A stretch of 64,000 nucleotides of DNA from Folioceros fuciformis. Lineage: Eukaryota. A program made the translations under genes and the position numbers. The stretch spans positions 117,457 through 181,456 of the forward strand of contig JBNGIO010006337.1 of the NCBI GenBank assembly GCA_049999805.1. The letters run 5' to 3'. Shown in pieces: positions 10,483 through 24,479 of this stretch (position 1 is the stretch's first letter; every line of letters starts with the position of its first letter). The notes under the pieces are model-generated. The model saw only the letters and a program-made list of their open reading frames with translations. It had not been told where the DNA came from and searched no databases.

Positions 10483-12916
10483 TCATCCTGAAGCAAACCT
10501 CCCGTCAAAATAGCTGGGGCACAGAAAAAAAAGGTCAGCACCCGTTTGAGCAACGAGAACGAGGGAACAAGCCAGTACAGTGATACCTTACCGTTCACTC
10601 AGTAGCTCCATTGCATCTGAGGCTAAGAGAAGTGTGTCCCCAGTTTTCTCAAGGGCGGTGTAGAGTTCATGACCATTTCTGGTCCTGGCCACTACCCAAG
10701 CATTGTTTTTGGTCCTCATCGATATCTCAAACTCAAGCTCGCAGTGTGGATTCCTTCTTGCCAATCTTGCTTTCTCAGCATCAACTTCTGCTCGAATGCG
10801 ACTGAGTGCAGTTAAAGTGTCCTAGAGCATCACAATGGACCCCGGGGATTAGCCAAAGTCCATGAGTCCAAGGGACCTCTACTTCATAGCAAGTAGCAAG
10901 CCAGTGCTGCGAATCCCTCGAAATGGACAAACTACCTTTGCCAGAGTCGTAACCTTGCCGGCAGGCGAAGACTGCGCCATTTTAAGATTCGAATTGAAAT
11001 ACAGATACCGGTAACTGGGAATATGAGAAGCATTGGGACCACCCCATTCCTTTGCCAGCCTATCTTCCAATCCTCGAACCTTTTGGGACGCCTACACAAA
11101 CACATTGCCAGCCACTGTTTAACAAACGCTCAGGTAAAAGCGCAGAGCCTGACACATCTTCCATGGCAACTGGTATCCATGTCGCTTACCTGCTCAAGAA
11201 ACTGTTTCTTCATGTGATTGACGCCATCGTGGGAGGAGTCAGCTGGTATCAGCAATAAAAAAGTGAGTGACTTGTACTGATACGCAAATAGGCGCATCCT
11301 ATCTCCAGATTCTTTTAGCCAAATGATGGGAAGACTTTGCTCTCCATCGGAATCTGTTCCCCATACACTCGTACACAGAAATTCTCCAGAACCTCTCCAC
11401 CATGCATCACGCTGAAGTGGTTTCGGAATGCTACTTTGGTCCGAAACAGAGGATGCATTCCGGGACACATCATTTCTGCCGTCTGACTTGCGAGCCCCAG
11501 AGGCGTCACTTTGGGCCTTGCTCTTCATTTGGGTGACGCTAGCTGATCTGTACAAAGAGGGAAGAGTGTTGTTTTTGATGTTGCTGGTGGCACGGTAAAC
11601 TGCTGATGGTCTCATTCGAAGGCTAGCATATGCGAAAACTGCTGAAGTGTCGCCCTGGATTGCCAACAGATACGAGCTTCACTTAAGCCTTTAGAATATG
11701 CACACCTGGATTGACAAAATGATTGGGCAGCTCCTTCGAGTGTCGTCTACAGTGAATACAAAACATGTACAGATAGAAAACCTTACAGGGGAGAGAGTGC
11801 TTGCTACCAGTTGATCGTGAGACACAATTAAGGCGTGCAAAATAGAGTCACCTTGACCCCAGGATTGCATCATACCCACAAGGGCCTGCAGCCAGCGCAA
11901 AAAGGAAAAGAAAAGGAGACAGTGAAACATCTAGCAAAGCTAGCCACACAAAGCCTGTAAAACGTGAGAGCAAGCATGAGAATGCCACCTGTGACTCCAA
12001 CAAGGCGTCTGGGAGCAATGGAAATCTGTCAACCATGCCTCTCTCTGTTAAGCAGTCAGCACTCGATGGAAGACGGAGTTTTTTTCCGAGCTGAAAATCT
12101 GAACACATGTCAGCCATGGTCATTACTCTACATCACCTACCCAATGCCTGAATAAGTTGATGCATGAAGGGATCTGTAACAAATCGCAAGGACTGAACTT
12201 GACTGGAGCGGGAATACCTGAGAAATAGTCCGGCAGCAAAGAGTGTAAACAGCAGCGAGCGACATCCCCAGCCGGATGTTTGTCCAGCAACTCTCTGAGA
12301 GGACCGAAAAACAATTGGAAAAGATGGTGCGCTTCTTCCAACACCGCTTTCAACGCAACATATCTGGTGGGTTCGTGCGTGCCCCTTCCCTTCTCTATCA
12401 CCTGTAGGTTCACAGGTCCGTGCGCTATGAGCACCGAGGTCGCTAGAAATAGTCCTGCAGTTCGGAAAGCTAGATGGATAGCATAATTTCCAAACAGCAC
12501 TCACAACGGCAGCAGCATGAGAGCGGTCACAGCTGGAAACGGGTGGCAGACACGAACCATGACCATCCAGATATGAGGCTCGCATTGAAAGAAGACATGG
12601 ACATGCCTCTCCGCGTCCATGACCTCGCAAGGGGCGTCGGGAGAGAAAATCCTGCGCGAGGCACGGCGAGGCGAAGCCGTCACGACCGGCAAGCTACAGT
12701 AGCAGAGCAAGATTCCACCCAGGAGAGGCAGCGAGGCGCTACTGCTTACCTGGTGAAGGTGATGAGGCCCTCACTGAGACCGACCACGGAAAGCTGTGAG
12801 GGAAGTGGCCAGTCGGCGGGGGAGAAGAAGAGAATCTTGTCCAGTTCGTGACCCTCCTGCTGGCCTCGACGCATATCGAAGACGCAGACCTGGAAAGCGT
12901 CCGCCCAGGCCCCCAT
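10483..12916 (-). CDS. CCZ1: Vacuolar fusion protein CCZ1 homolog (MON1-CCZ1 Rab7 GEF subunit), multi-exon
   Basis: N-terminus VCVFDMRRGQQEGHELDKILFF..SQLSVVGLSEGLITFTR, then IFSPDAPCEVMDAERHVHVFFQCEPHIWMVM and GGPNASHIPSYRYL. Last exon splices SDAMELLSER|YFDGRFASG* with TGA at 10483-10485. Confidence 0.92.
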
Positions 12917-13501
12917 CGCGGCGGATCTCAGTACCTCTCGGCACACGCTGCTGCGCCGCAGGCAACAAATCCGGCTACAATCACATTGCTGGCGCTCGGC
13001 TGCAAGCCTGGCGATCAAAGCACAAGCGCTGCCTGTGATCGCACATCTGAGGCACCACCACTCGATCTGCTCGCCAATTGGCACCCATGCTTCAGCTTCG
13101 CCGTTAGCTCCGCACCTTCTTTAGGTGCACTCGCCTGGGGGGGCCTTCACTCCTCACTCTCCACACAGGTCTGGTTCACAGCCAGGCTCAAACAGGTTGT
13201 TGTTGTAGGTAATATGTGTGTACAGTACATACATATGGCTTCCGTGTTTGAACCCCGGCGTAGTAAGCCGGCGAGAGAGACAAAGAATCAAATTTTATTT
13301 AGGCATAATTTAGCCGAACGCGCCGAAGAGAGAGCGGCAAATCTTACTTCTTTCTTTATCTACGGTAGGTATAAATCAGCTAGCAGGAAGCCAAAATGTA
13401 AGTCATACATACTTGCACGTGCCACACTTGCGTCTCCTTGTGAATCGTTCCCGATGACGTAGATGGCATGTTCCCAACAACAGTGACTGACGGGGCTTGT
13501 G

Positions 13502-14884
13502 TTAAGCTGTGGGAGAACCGTCGTTTGCAAGCAGCTGGGAAATCCACGTTTCTACCATTTGTTGTGAAGCGAGCCCTTGGTCCGCAGGCACTTGATGCCC
13601 TGCTCCCAAAACGACCACGTGGGTGAGAGTTGCGAAGCTCCGCCAATAGCCAGCTAAAGCTCCCTTCACCCGCCACAACTTTCTTTCAGATGAGAAGAAA
13701 CTGTTCAAACCAGCCCAGGTGATAGTTTTCATCCACTCTTCAGAACATGCAACGCCATCCTTTGCGTCGTATTGGCCCTGGTAAAGCAGTATCGGATACT
13801 TATGCAAGAGAGCTTCCACCTGCCACTTGACGCTCTTCATAACGTCAGGAAGTAGGATCTGGCGAACCCTGGGGCTACACGAAACCCACTGAGCAGATTC
13901 TTCACCCCTCAGTGCTGCCTTCACGGCCGGGAGGTTGAGGAAAGGAGCAAGGAAATCTTTACCGTCGGGCCCGCTGTGGTAAGGTACAGACCTCCTGATA
14001 TCTAACACCGTGGCAATTCCGCTTTCCTCCTGTATGTAGTCCATCAAAGCTGAGCGTGATGAAGAAGCGGCGGCCCAGTCCTCCCGCTCGATTAGCTCCA
14101 CGACTTGTGAGGCCAGCCTCTCCACACGAGCTTTCTGGATGTGATCTAAAAGACCGAAGTTGAAAGCTGTGTCGGCATGTGTCTGCACTTGGACAATGGG
14201 ATCCGTAAGACCATTTCCTATCAATAAGCCATCAAGTCGGAGGGGGTAAGACCCTTCCTGCTGCCGGTTCTCATTAGCCTTCATGATGTAGTATCCCAGG
14301 GCAGGGACGTACTTCCCTGCATAGCTCTCACCAGCAACGAAGAAGGGGCGAGAGCGGAAAGAGGGCAGCGAGTCGAAAAACAATTGCAAGGCAGTGTACA
14401 AGTGCGTTGCCACTTGCTCCTGATCAGTAGGAATGTCTTCATCCTTCTCCGCAATACTGAACCCTGACCCCACCGGATTGTCAATAAACAGGACACCAAA
14501 GCGAGAATTCCAAGGAGCTTCATTCTTGTAGAGCACGAGATCTTGGGACAGCTTCCAAGGGCCAAACTCATAAAAATTCCCTGTCATACTGGAGCAACCC
14601 GGGCCCCCTTGCAGCCAGAGGATAAGAGGCGTGTCAGAAACTGCTTGCTCGGGCGATATGGCCTCATAGAATGCATAAAACATTCTGGCTCGGGAGTGTT
14701 GGTCCACAACCAGGTAACCAGAGTTGGTTGGCAGTGCATGATGTGGAAACACAGAGGCATCTGGAGGGTCGGATGGTCCCCGGTCACTGAGAAAGAAGGT
14801 AGAGTACAGCCCATCTGCAGCAAACAAGAAAGGCACAATCGCCACTAAAGCAACGAAAGCGGAGAATCGCTTCGATAATGCCAT
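13502..14884 (-). CDS. Serine carboxypeptidase-like protein (S10 family, SCPL50-like), intronless
   Basis: Signal-peptide-like MALSKRFSAFVALVAIVPFLFA; motifs WLQGGPGCSS, FIDNPVGSGFS, GESYAGKY, GQYD and GAGHQVPADQ give the Ser-Asp-His triad. Confidence 0.93.
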   Translation of the reverse strand: MALSKRFSAFVALVAIVPFLFAADGLYSTFFLSDRGPSDPPDASVFPHHALPTNSGYLVVDQHSRARMFYAFYEAISPEQAVSDTPLILWLQGGPGCSSMTGNFYEFGPWKLSQDLVLYKNEAPWNSRFGVLFIDNPVGSGFSIAEKDEDIPTDQEQVATHLYTALQLFFDSLPSFRSRPFFVAGESYAGKYVPALGYYIMKANENRQQEGSYPLRLDGLLIGNGLTDPIVQVQTHADTAFNFGLLDHIQKARVERLASQVVELIEREDWAAASSSRSALMDYIQEESGIATVLDIRRSVPYHSGPDGKDFLAPFLNLPAVKAALRGEESAQWVSCSPRVRQILLPDVMKSVKWQVEALLHKYPILLYQGQYDAKDGVACSEEWMKTITWAGLNSFFSSERKLWRVKGALAGYWRSFATLTHVVVLGAGHQVPADQGLASQQMVETWISQLLANDGSPTA

Positions 14885-16393
14885 GGTAGGCAGCTTATTC
14901 GGGTCTGAACCTGAATTGTCCAGCTTTAATGAGTTGTACTCCACTAATTCAGTCTTCAGACAGTGAGCGCGAGGGTCTTGGACTACGTACTGTAGGAGAT
15001 CTATCCTCCAAATCAAGTGCAATAAACCGCGGCAACTGCGGAAGCACAAATGTGTAGCTAAAATGTGAGCAAGGAATCGCTTGCTCTGAAGCTCTGCAAA
15101 GGTACCGTCTTCTCGGTCAGGGCAGGGGTTAGGGTTGCAGTAGCGGAATCGACAGTCGAGGCACAAGTCTCGTCCCAAGTAACCATCCGATTCACGGACC
15201 TGAACAATCACCTGAATCGCTCCTCCTCTCACACACTCGTTTCCAGACGAGCATCCCCTCCACTGACGCCTCACCGTCACACTCCCGCTGCTATTTCACC
15301 AGCAAACACGACGTACGGACGGACAGAGGAGAGCGAGATACCGTGACCTGCCAGCGGATCGCTAAGGACGAGAGCTTGGTCTTGGCATCCTCCGTCACTC
15401 CACGCCGCCGTAAACCAAATCCAGAGTTCCGCAGCAACGCGACCAGCTCTCGCGACCTCTCCACGTTCACGCAGGACGTCCCACAACACTCCAGCAAACA
15501 AGAGGCCGTGCACGACAAGCTCCGCAATCTGCGTCCGAGGCCAGAGCATGTGACCGGAGACCAGCAGCAGATCGGAAGCGTTCCAGCGAACCCCTCAGCC
15601 GGAACAGCGCGCCAGCGGAGCGGAGCGGAGCAGAGCAGAGCAAAGCGCAGCAGCAATCACGGCAGCACCAGTGGGATTGAATGAAGGCAGCAGGACCGCG
15701 TAGGTGGGGGCTGGTGACAGGCGTACGAGATTCAAAAATGCCAAAACAGGGGCAGTAATGCATTCGCAGACGAAAGAAAGAAAGAACGAAAGAACGAAAG
15801 AAAGCGTCCTATTGTACAACAACTGCTAGTGTTAGTGCGCGGCAGAGGACTGTCACAGTCGTCACGCGTGCTGGTGCGGAGTGTAGTCGATAATCGGCTT
15901 GGCGACTTGGAGACGACCTGCAACACTGACACAAGGCACCCTTCACAAATTTAATACTCACATAAACGCGGACACGATCCCATCGTGTGAAGTCACCCTC
16001 GGAGGGCAGTGGCCTGGCCCGGCCTGGCCTGGCCTGGCCTTACTCAACCAACCACATCCAAACAGCAAACCCAATCCATGAGCTCGGATACCTCTTTCCG
16101 TGTGTGGAACCAGTCCAAACACTTGTGTGCATCAAATTGGATACCACGACACCGCCCGCTCTTCTCTTTTTATTCCCGTTGCTTGCAAACTTCACCACCG
16201 CGCGCTCTTCAATATGTTTATTTTATTCTTCACTCCCTAATCTAATCTGTCCATACCAAAATGTTAAGTTAGAAAAAGAAAGCAAGATTGGATTACATTG
16301 CTTTGCCTTGGATTGGATGATGCATAACAACCTGGAGGTTGCACGGCTTCCCATGACTCCTATGCTCTCCGTCCCAAGAGATTGAATTCCATA

Positions 16394-16665
16394 GAAGACC
16401 CTAGTTGACAAAAACTGAATATGGAAGACCCTAGTTGACAAAAACTGGAAGTGTGCAACCTCACACAAGCACTTCTTGCATAACATAAGACAACATACTA
16501 CACTAGCTTGCATCTGATGAGATGATCTCCAATTCAAAGCATTGCGTGGGAGAAGGAAAGAGCCCTAGCAACGAACATACTATGCTAGCTTGCATCTGCT
16601 CAGATATCTCCAATTCAAAGCATAGCGTGGAACATGTTTTGGAGAAGCAAAAGAGCCCTAGCAAC
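16394..16665. repeat. Short local duplications (GAAGACCCTAGTTGACAAAAACTG x2; ~80-bp CTAGCTTGCATCTG..ATCTCCAATTCAAAGCAT..AAGAGCCCTAGCAAC x2)
   Basis: Direct repeats read in the sequence. Confidence 0.7.
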
Positions 16666-17269
16666 CAAATGCGGGAGAAAGCAGATGCAGATGCAATTGT
16701 GAAGTTAGTCTTGCTAGTTTACCTTACTGCTTCACTCCAGAACACAATTATGGAACACAATTATGGAGCGAGAATGGTATGTTGCTCGGAAACACCGTAG
16801 AAGGTTGATCTTATCAATGCCGGTTAGAGTACGTAACACGGAAGACAGTGGGTAGGGTGGGGGAACAGGCCCCCTGGTACGTAAGCGCGGGCGGCGAGGC
16901 GAGAAGGAAGATTGAGAAAGAGGCGGGATGAGCCCGAGGCGTCGGCATATGCCAATCCAAAGCGAAATATCTCGTCATCCTGGAGGTGGAGCTGAAGAGG
17001 ATGCCTTCCGGGCTTGCCCTCGCCTCGCTTCTCCTGTAGTCCTTTGGGAGAAATGCATCGGGTAGAGTGTTTACGGGGAGCGGAGCTGACCGGAGGTTAA
17101 CTTGACTGGACCACGGGTTGAACGGGCCAGCGTGCAGGGACCACGAGGCTTTCCACGCAGCAGCACGCGGGGTGCGAGCAGCAGGACTAGCCGGGCGCCT
17201 GGTGCACGGCGCCAGACGCTCGTGCGGGGGGCGTGTGTAGCCCTGTCGCCACAGCGGAGGCAGGCCCGG

Positions 17270-17400
17270 GACGGGGAGAGAGGGGAGGAGACCAGCTCAG
17301 AGGAGAGGAGGGGAGGGGAGAGGAGTGGAGTGGAGTGGAGAGGAGAGGAGGGGACACGGGAGCTGCTGTGGAGCGGAGAGGTGAGGTGAGGTGGAGAGGA
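17270..17400 (+). repeat. Purine-rich GGAGA/GGAGT low-complexity tract upstream of the Tubby gene
   Basis: Read directly; probably promoter or 5'-UTR simple sequence. Confidence 0.6.
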
Positions 17401-17980
17401 CGTCGACGGCGACGACGGCAGCGCAGGAAAGGCCAGCAGTGTCCCGAACCCCGAACGAGCCCAGTCCAGGGAGCCCACGAGCGTAGGGACGAGACTGCGC
17501 CGGGAGCAGAGCACGAGCACGAGCACCAGCTGCTACTGCAGCCGTGAGGAGAGGAGAGGGAAGTGGAGGAGCCGCCGAATGCGCGTCCCTCCTCGTCTTG
17601 CGGGGGAAGCTGCGCGGAAGGTGCGGGAGAGCTGGGGCCGGCTGGCCTAGCTTAGGGCTTGCAATTGCGCGGAGAGCTCGGTGCTGCGGCGAGAGCATTG
17701 CCGGAGGTGAGGTGAGGGGTGCCGCTACCCCCCGTGCGGCGGTCGTGCTTGCGTTGTGAGGCTTTAGTTTTTGATGCGTCCCAGCTCCGGGCTTGGGAGA
17801 GTAGGATAGGGTGCGGGAGGGAGGCTAGATCTGGTGCGGTTTGGGAGTGGAGGGGAGAGCGAGGAGGGGGTAGGAAGCTAGGGTGCTTGTTCTTGCTCAA
17901 AGCTCTCGGATGTTTGGTTTTGTGTTGTTGCTTGGTGCAGTGGAGCATGGCCTAGGAGGTGCCGGGGACGCGGGTCAAGC

Positions 17981-18080
17981 NNNNNNNNNNNNNNNNNNNN
18001 NNNNNNNNNNNNNNNNNNNNNNNNNNNNNNNNNNNNNNNNNNNNNNNNNNNNNNNNNNNNNNNNNNNNNNNNNNNNNNNN
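17981..18080. other. Assembly gap (100 N) flanked by a ~177-bp near-identical duplication
   Basis: 17804-17980 is repeated at 18081-18257 with about two substitutions. Confidence 0.95.
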
Positions 18081-18442
18081 GGATAGGGTGCGGGAGGGAG
18101 GCTAGATCTGGTGCGGTTTGGGAGTGGGGGGGAGAGGGAGGAGGGGGTAGGAAGCTAGGGTGCTTGTTCTTGCTCAAAGCTCTCGGATGTTTGGTTTTGT
18201 GTTGTTGCTTGGTGCAGTGGAGCATGGCCTAGGAGGTGCCGGGGACGCGGGTCAAGCGGGGTTCACCGGGGCCGGGGATGGAGCCGGGGCGGGAGGGAGC
18301 CGGGGTGGCAGCTCGGTGAGTGGGTAGAGACCCTGCTCTGTGCCGCCTCGCGGGTAACGGGAACCGGCGAGGGAGAGAGGGAGAAGGAGAGGGAGAGGGA
18401 GGATGGCTCGCGTGTAGCGCCGGTCGCCTGGAATTTTAAATA

Positions 18443-20314
18443 ATGTCGAACCAGAAGGGGACGATGACTCCGCTCAAGAGCCTTATCCGGGAGTTTCAGG
18501 AGATTAAGGGGGGGATAGGGAGCATGTCGAGGCGGAGCTTCGACGTGAAAGCGCTTTCGGGCCACAGCAGGGCTCGCTCGTGTAGCGTGGTGTTGGACGA
18601 TAGCAGTCCGGTGAAGTATGACATCAAGCCGCCCCAACAGAGTTGCTGGGCGAACATGCCGCCGGAGCTGCTTAGGGATGTCATTCAGCGGGTGGAGTCG
18701 AGCGAGGGCACGTGGCCCTGTAGGAAGCACGTTGTGGCATGCGCAGCCGTCTGCAGCAGCTGGCGGGAGATCACTAAGGAGCTTGTCAAGACTCCGGAGC
18801 AGTCTGGGAAATTGACCTTCCCCATATCTCTGAAGCAAGTGAGTCGGGATGTTGTCTCTGTGCCGCCCCTTTTGCCTCGCTTGCAGTGGAAGGGGGTTAC
18901 TCTCGTGGGCTGTTTTTTTTTGTTTTTTGGGTACTCGTGAAAACTGGTTTCGGGTGTGAGAGTGGAGAGCAGGGTCGAGATATTTGTATGTGCTTAAGGA
19001 TGTCCCTCCTGTGTTTGTCTAATGCCGTTTTGGGATGGTTTTCCGCAGCCTGGACCTCGGAAAGGTTCTGTGGAGTGCTTCATACGACGGGATAGGACCA
19101 CATCAACCTATCATCTGTATTTGGGCTTGCCTCCCAGTGAGTTATCTGTTACTGCTGGTCTTGTTCGAGTCCTTCTTTTGTCCAGTCATGCCTAGGTACT
19201 CCTGAAACTCGTCAGGTTGTTTCGTCTCTCGAGGACGTCCTTTATCTTATTTCCGATCTGTTGTGCAAAAAATACCTTGGAAGCCTTTTTGACTGGTGAA
19301 ACCTCCGGACAGCGCAGCAGTTTGTTCCTCACTTTTTGTTACCTTGTCATGACCACGCCACTCACTGTGCATGTGCTTTTCGTCAACCAGCTCCGCTGGA
19401 TTCTGGGAAGTTTCTCTTGGCGGCACGCAAGGTGAGGAGGGCTACCAGTACTGACTACATAATCTCACTCGATGCGGACGACATGTCACGAGGAAGTAAT
19501 ACTTACGTTGGTAAACTGAGGTGAGGCTCCCTCATGTGTTCCCTGCCAAGTCTTTTACTTTTTCTTTTTTTGAGCCACCTTGAGCTAGTTGATGTGGTGC
19601 GGTGAATGCTTGGAAGACTAGAGATGATGACAGTAGTGTCATGGCAGGTCAAACTTCCTAGGCACCAAATTTACGATTTATGATAGCCAGCCTCCTCATA
19701 GTGGAGCTATTGCCTCAGCAAGTCGTGGAGTTCGACGCATTGGGTCTAAGAGGGTTGCTCCTCGAGTTCCGGCTGGAAGTTACAACGTGGCTCATATTTC
19801 ATACGAGTTGAATGTTCTCGGGACTCGTGGGCCCAGGCGTATGCAATGTACCCTGCATACTATACCATGTTCGGCTATGGAATCAGGAGGAAGTGCACCC
19901 ACTCCTACGGAATTTACTCCTGCTGTGGATGAGCCTCTACCTACATTGTCGTCTCCGAAGAATAAGTCAGCTGTGGCTGATTGCAGTGTTGTTGACGAGT
20001 GTATGCCTGCAGGTCCCAGCAAGGATGGACCTCTCGTGTTGAAAAACAAGGCTCCGAGGTGGCATGAACAGCTCCAGTGCTGGTGTTTAAATTTCCGTGG
20101 ACGAGTTACAGTCGCTTCTGTGAAGAACTTTCAGCTGGTGGCAGCCACGGAGCCTGCGCAAGCTGCCTCCCAAAGCGACCATGACAAGGTGTTGCTACAG
20201 TTTGGCAAAACCGGGAAAGATATGTTTACCATGGATTATCGCTACCCACTTTCAGCATTTCAAGCGTTTGCCATATGTTTGAGTAGCTTCGACACAAAGC
20301 TAGCCTGTGAATAA
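18443..20314 (+). CDS. Tubby-like F-box protein (TLP); exons 18443-18838, 19049-19136, 19391-19520, 19648-20314
   Basis: F-box [82 protein letters not shown]; ends [16 protein letters not shown]. All junctions are GT-AG and in phase. Confidence 0.96.
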
Positions 20315-23300
20315 GGGCCTCCAATCAGCTTGGTCCGTTTCTGAGCCGGGGTTATCGAGTGGTGTAGTTGTAGTTGGGGATGTGCGGATGTCAGTATAGG
20401 GAGGCATTTCAGTGCTGGGTGTGGGAGCACTCTCGGCATTGTCTGTGCAGTTCCACCGCTTGCGTGGCATGTTTCCCGGAGCTCATCGCCATCTTGCTTT
20501 CTTGCTGTTGTCCGACGAGTGTGACATAGAGGATGAGACTAGGCTAATGAGACTTGCAATTCAAAATTGCTAGGCGGATTGCAGGTGGTTGTCCAGGCAA
20601 CTGTGGAAGGACTTTGTCACTGATTTGCTACTAGCTAGGGTCTATGATCTACTGCAGTGGATGTATATAAAAAAATTCTTGCATTGGATATGTCCTTGTA
20701 TTTCCCGTCGTATATTCGTGCAGGGGTGGTTAATGTATGTTTTCTGAACTGTTACTGGAATTCTGTACTTAGCAAGAGATTGAACTCGTAGGTACGTAGG
20801 TGGGAAGGTGTGTATCTGCCACGTGTCTCCTGTTTTATTTTTAGTAGCGCAGCCTCCGGGTGACAGGTGGGTGTACACGTTCTGTTTGTAATTTAGCTGT
20901 CATTTGGGTCGCTCTTATTGCATTTTTGTTCCACACGACGACGGATATATACGACACCACTGGGATGCTCTCGTGGATGGTTCTATAGATGACGCGAAAC
21001 CTGTGGGTGTCTGGAACACACTGGGTCTAACCGGACCCTTCCCTTCTCTTTTTCCGGCGGCCCTTCCTTTCTTTTTTACGAGGGCTTCTCCTTATGTCTG
21101 GTACTGCACATACGCTTCGCCTTGTCCTTATAGAGTACATGGTTGGTCTCCTCGTGGATACAACAGCGGCCTCTTTCCTTGTGCTTGTATGTGGGGTCCT
21201 CCATACAGACCTTCTCTTTTATTGTTGTTACTGCAACATTTTGTGCATTTCTCTTAGTACACGTCTCGTTTCCATGGCCCTATGGGCCCTAATAGGGGGA
21301 GAGACGGCTTGTCCTTGTAGCATAGAAGCCTTGTTCTTGTAGCATAAAAGGGTGTTAGAAAGCTTGTTCTTGTAGCATGGAAGGGTATTTGTAAGCCTGC
21401 TGCCATAGCGCACTTGCAGCATGGGACGGTATTTGTGAGCCTTCCGTCTCGACGCATTCCTCCACTGCCTAGTTTGAAGAGTTGAGAGAATCACATGCTC
21501 ACTATTGGTATGGTATGTAGGGTGAATTACAACCACGCATGTAACTAAAACCTTGTCTTCCTTTGTCAAAAATAGTTTGGCCTATAAAGAAATTCATTTG
21601 GGTACGGTACAAGGGCACTCCTTGTAACAAAAGAAGTCATTCTCCTTAGCTAAGGAGAACATGAAGGCATGCACAACATCATGTGCTACCCACTAGCATG
21701 AGAAGGAGTATGGTTGGTTCTTCAGTTGCGGATGGAGGCTCCACAATTGCAAGCCTTGAAAAAGTAGTCTAGGTGTTGAACTATGCCAAATGGAACTTCA
21801 TCGCACTAGAAAAAGAGGCTAGTGTGATTCAAAAAGTGGGGATGCAAGGCCTAGTCACTATACTAGCATGTAGCTCTAGTATGGATGAATCTTAAAGAAG
21901 AGGCAACTATGTCCATTGATATTACTTCTCTAAGAGGGATGCTTGAAGGCACAAACCCCAACCTCAAGGAGCAATGCCAACTCTAGCCAAACACAGGATA
22001 CCTATGATGGATAAGCACTCTCCTTGATTGTTGCGACCAATTTCATAATGTCCATATCTCATGACATAAAAACTAGGCTTCCTTAGGTAAGTTGCTTAAT
22101 GAAAAACGAATGACACGGTAGTAATGCACTCTTGCACCTACTTTGTCAAGTCCTCATGTATGATCAAAAGAGTTTGTACATGGTTTTATTTTTGGATTAG
22201 TTGAGCTAACAATAGATAACTCAACATGACATACATGTTATTATCCCCTTGCAATCTATAGTCAAGTGAATATGTGCAAAGGTTTTCCTTCATTGTATAA
22301 AGACTTATCATAGTTATGGGATAAGGTCATTATCAATGTCTCTCTTTCCTTAATAGTGGCCTTCTTTCGATAATGAGTTTTCATTGCCCTATAGAGGGTG
22401 CCATCCATTACAATTTACATGACAACGAGGCTTTGCCATGACAAACATGGGACATCCAATCCCCAAAAATTAAATATTATGCAAACTCATCCGAATACTG
22501 ATCTAGACACCACAAGGTATTGAACTTTGAAGTTTCAATGCAAAAGTGAACATAAATAACTACTATACAGTCCTGTTCATTATTATTTTTGTATAAAATA
22601 ATATATTTAATGACTTTAATATTTAGAATTATCCTGCAAATATCTCTGAATGGCTTTGTGTCTTGATGATGTGTTTTATGTGCATCTCCTTGATAACTTG
22701 ATAAATGCACACTGTTTGCACCAATAGATGCGGAGGTTGATGCGTACTAGGTTTTAAAAAGAGGCTCATCGGATTTGAAGAGTGACTTGAGAAGTAGAGA
22801 AGTGATGATTGAGGTAATAGCCACTTGTAGTAATAATGTGTATGTGCTAGAATAATAGTTGGCTAAAGCTTATGATTATGAGTTACTAGTTTTTTTGGAT
22901 AGGTGAATGGGTCTATGATAGTGCTTGAATGGGTCTATGATCATTCTACCATTGAATAATCCATGAGTAATCAAATGTTTACTTTCTCTTGTACATAGAT
23001 GAGGATGAATTGCTAGTTTTTAGCAAGCTAGATATGCACATAATGGTTTCTAGTGAGATAAAAATAGGCTTGCAAGATGCACATGAACCTTATTTTGGTC
23101 AAATTTTGAGAATACATGTTGTCAGCAAATTTAGAGATTCCTGAATCTTTAGAAGTGTTGTTATTTGAAACGAGGTGTGGAGGTGCTTTCTACCTCATCC
23201 ACAAAGTTGTGCAATTGTAGTAGATCAATTGCAGTTGTTAAGGTGTCTTCAATTAGGCCAAGGTGTGAAGATGCCTTCCCTTCGTCCACAAAGTTGTGAG

Positions 23301-24047
23301 GGTGCCAATGATTAAAATGACGTGTGGAAGTACTACAACTTTGAACACCTCCCCTCATCACACAAGTTGTTTAATGGTCTTAAGAGATGTGGTACTTCAA
23401 CACATTCAGACACCTCTTATCATCACATAAGATGTTTGATGGTGTTAGGAGATGTGGTACCTCCACACATTTAGACATTTGACATTTGCCATGATCATCA
23501 CATAGGATATTTAATGGTATCCAAAGGTATGAGATCTCTCCACACCTACATCTTGTGGAAGTACTCTTCCCTTTAAAGAATTGATTTTTTTTTTGGAGCA
23601 GCACATCTAAAACGTATTGATCCGCACTTACGGTGCATTTATGGAGTTCTTACAAGCTTAACAATATGAACCACATCTACCAATAGACCTAATTGATGTT
23701 GTGTAAAAAAATAATATTAATCCTAATTCCAATAAGTTTACTAGATATAATATTTTAAGCTCATAATGTAATATTTCCATGATATGCTAATAAAGACCTC
23801 GTTTCCGGTAATCTTCTCTTCCTTATGAGTATGTAAAGTATCACTATCCACATTTTTATCGTAGTTTTTCGTGTGTTGTAAGTCCTTGTGATCATGAAGA
23901 AGGCTAGATATTAAGTTGATAAGAAGCAGCAGCCTTAGATCTCGTCCATTCATTCCACAACACTCACTTGCATTGCACTCATCTCTCACTGACGTCTAAG
24001 GTAGGATCTCTCTATGACATCTAGGTCTCAACTCATGACACCCATTG

Positions 24048-24283
24048 ACTACACTCAACTCTCTCTCTCTCTAACAACTTAGCACTAGTTATCCAACTAC
24101 TCATTGACAAGTAGCTCTCAACTTGTAACGCCCACTAACTGCACTCAACTCTCTCTCTCTCTAACAACTTGGCACTAGTTATCCAACTACTCACTGACAA
24201 GTAGCTCTCAACTTGTGACGCCCACTAACTGCACTCAACTCTCTCTCTTACAACTTAGCACTAGTTATCTAACTACTCATTGA
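24048..24283. repeat. 90-bp tandem repeat, ~2.6 copies
   Basis: CACTCAACTCTCTCTC..ACAACTTAGCACTAGTTATCCAACTACTCA recurs at 24052, 24142 and 24232. Confidence 0.9.
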
Positions 24284-24479
24284 CGATGCTCTTTATTTAA
24301 CAATACTTAACAACAATGAGTCTCTCAACTCTCTGCTAAGGACTCGCCACTAGTCCACTAACATGCTCTTTACAACAACACTAGTTCATTTATGATGCTG
24401 TTTACAACATTTAACAACAACAAGTCTCTCCTACCTCTCCTAGCCAAATTCAAGTCTTTCCAGTCTCATTCCTAGGTTT

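Noticed and set aside
14885-15280. 131-codon N-terminal extension of the carboxypeptidase in the ORF track
   Set aside because: It starts at GTG, has no ATG, and lies before a clear signal peptide beginning at ATG 14884.
15277-15549. Small minus-strand ORF with a possible 60-nt intron upstream of the carboxypeptidase
   Set aside because: No recognisable homology; cannot be told apart from UTR or chance ORF.
17804-18257. 177-bp direct repeat upstream of Tubby
   Set aside because: The copies directly flank a 100-N gap, so this is most likely an unmerged contig overlap rather than a real duplication.
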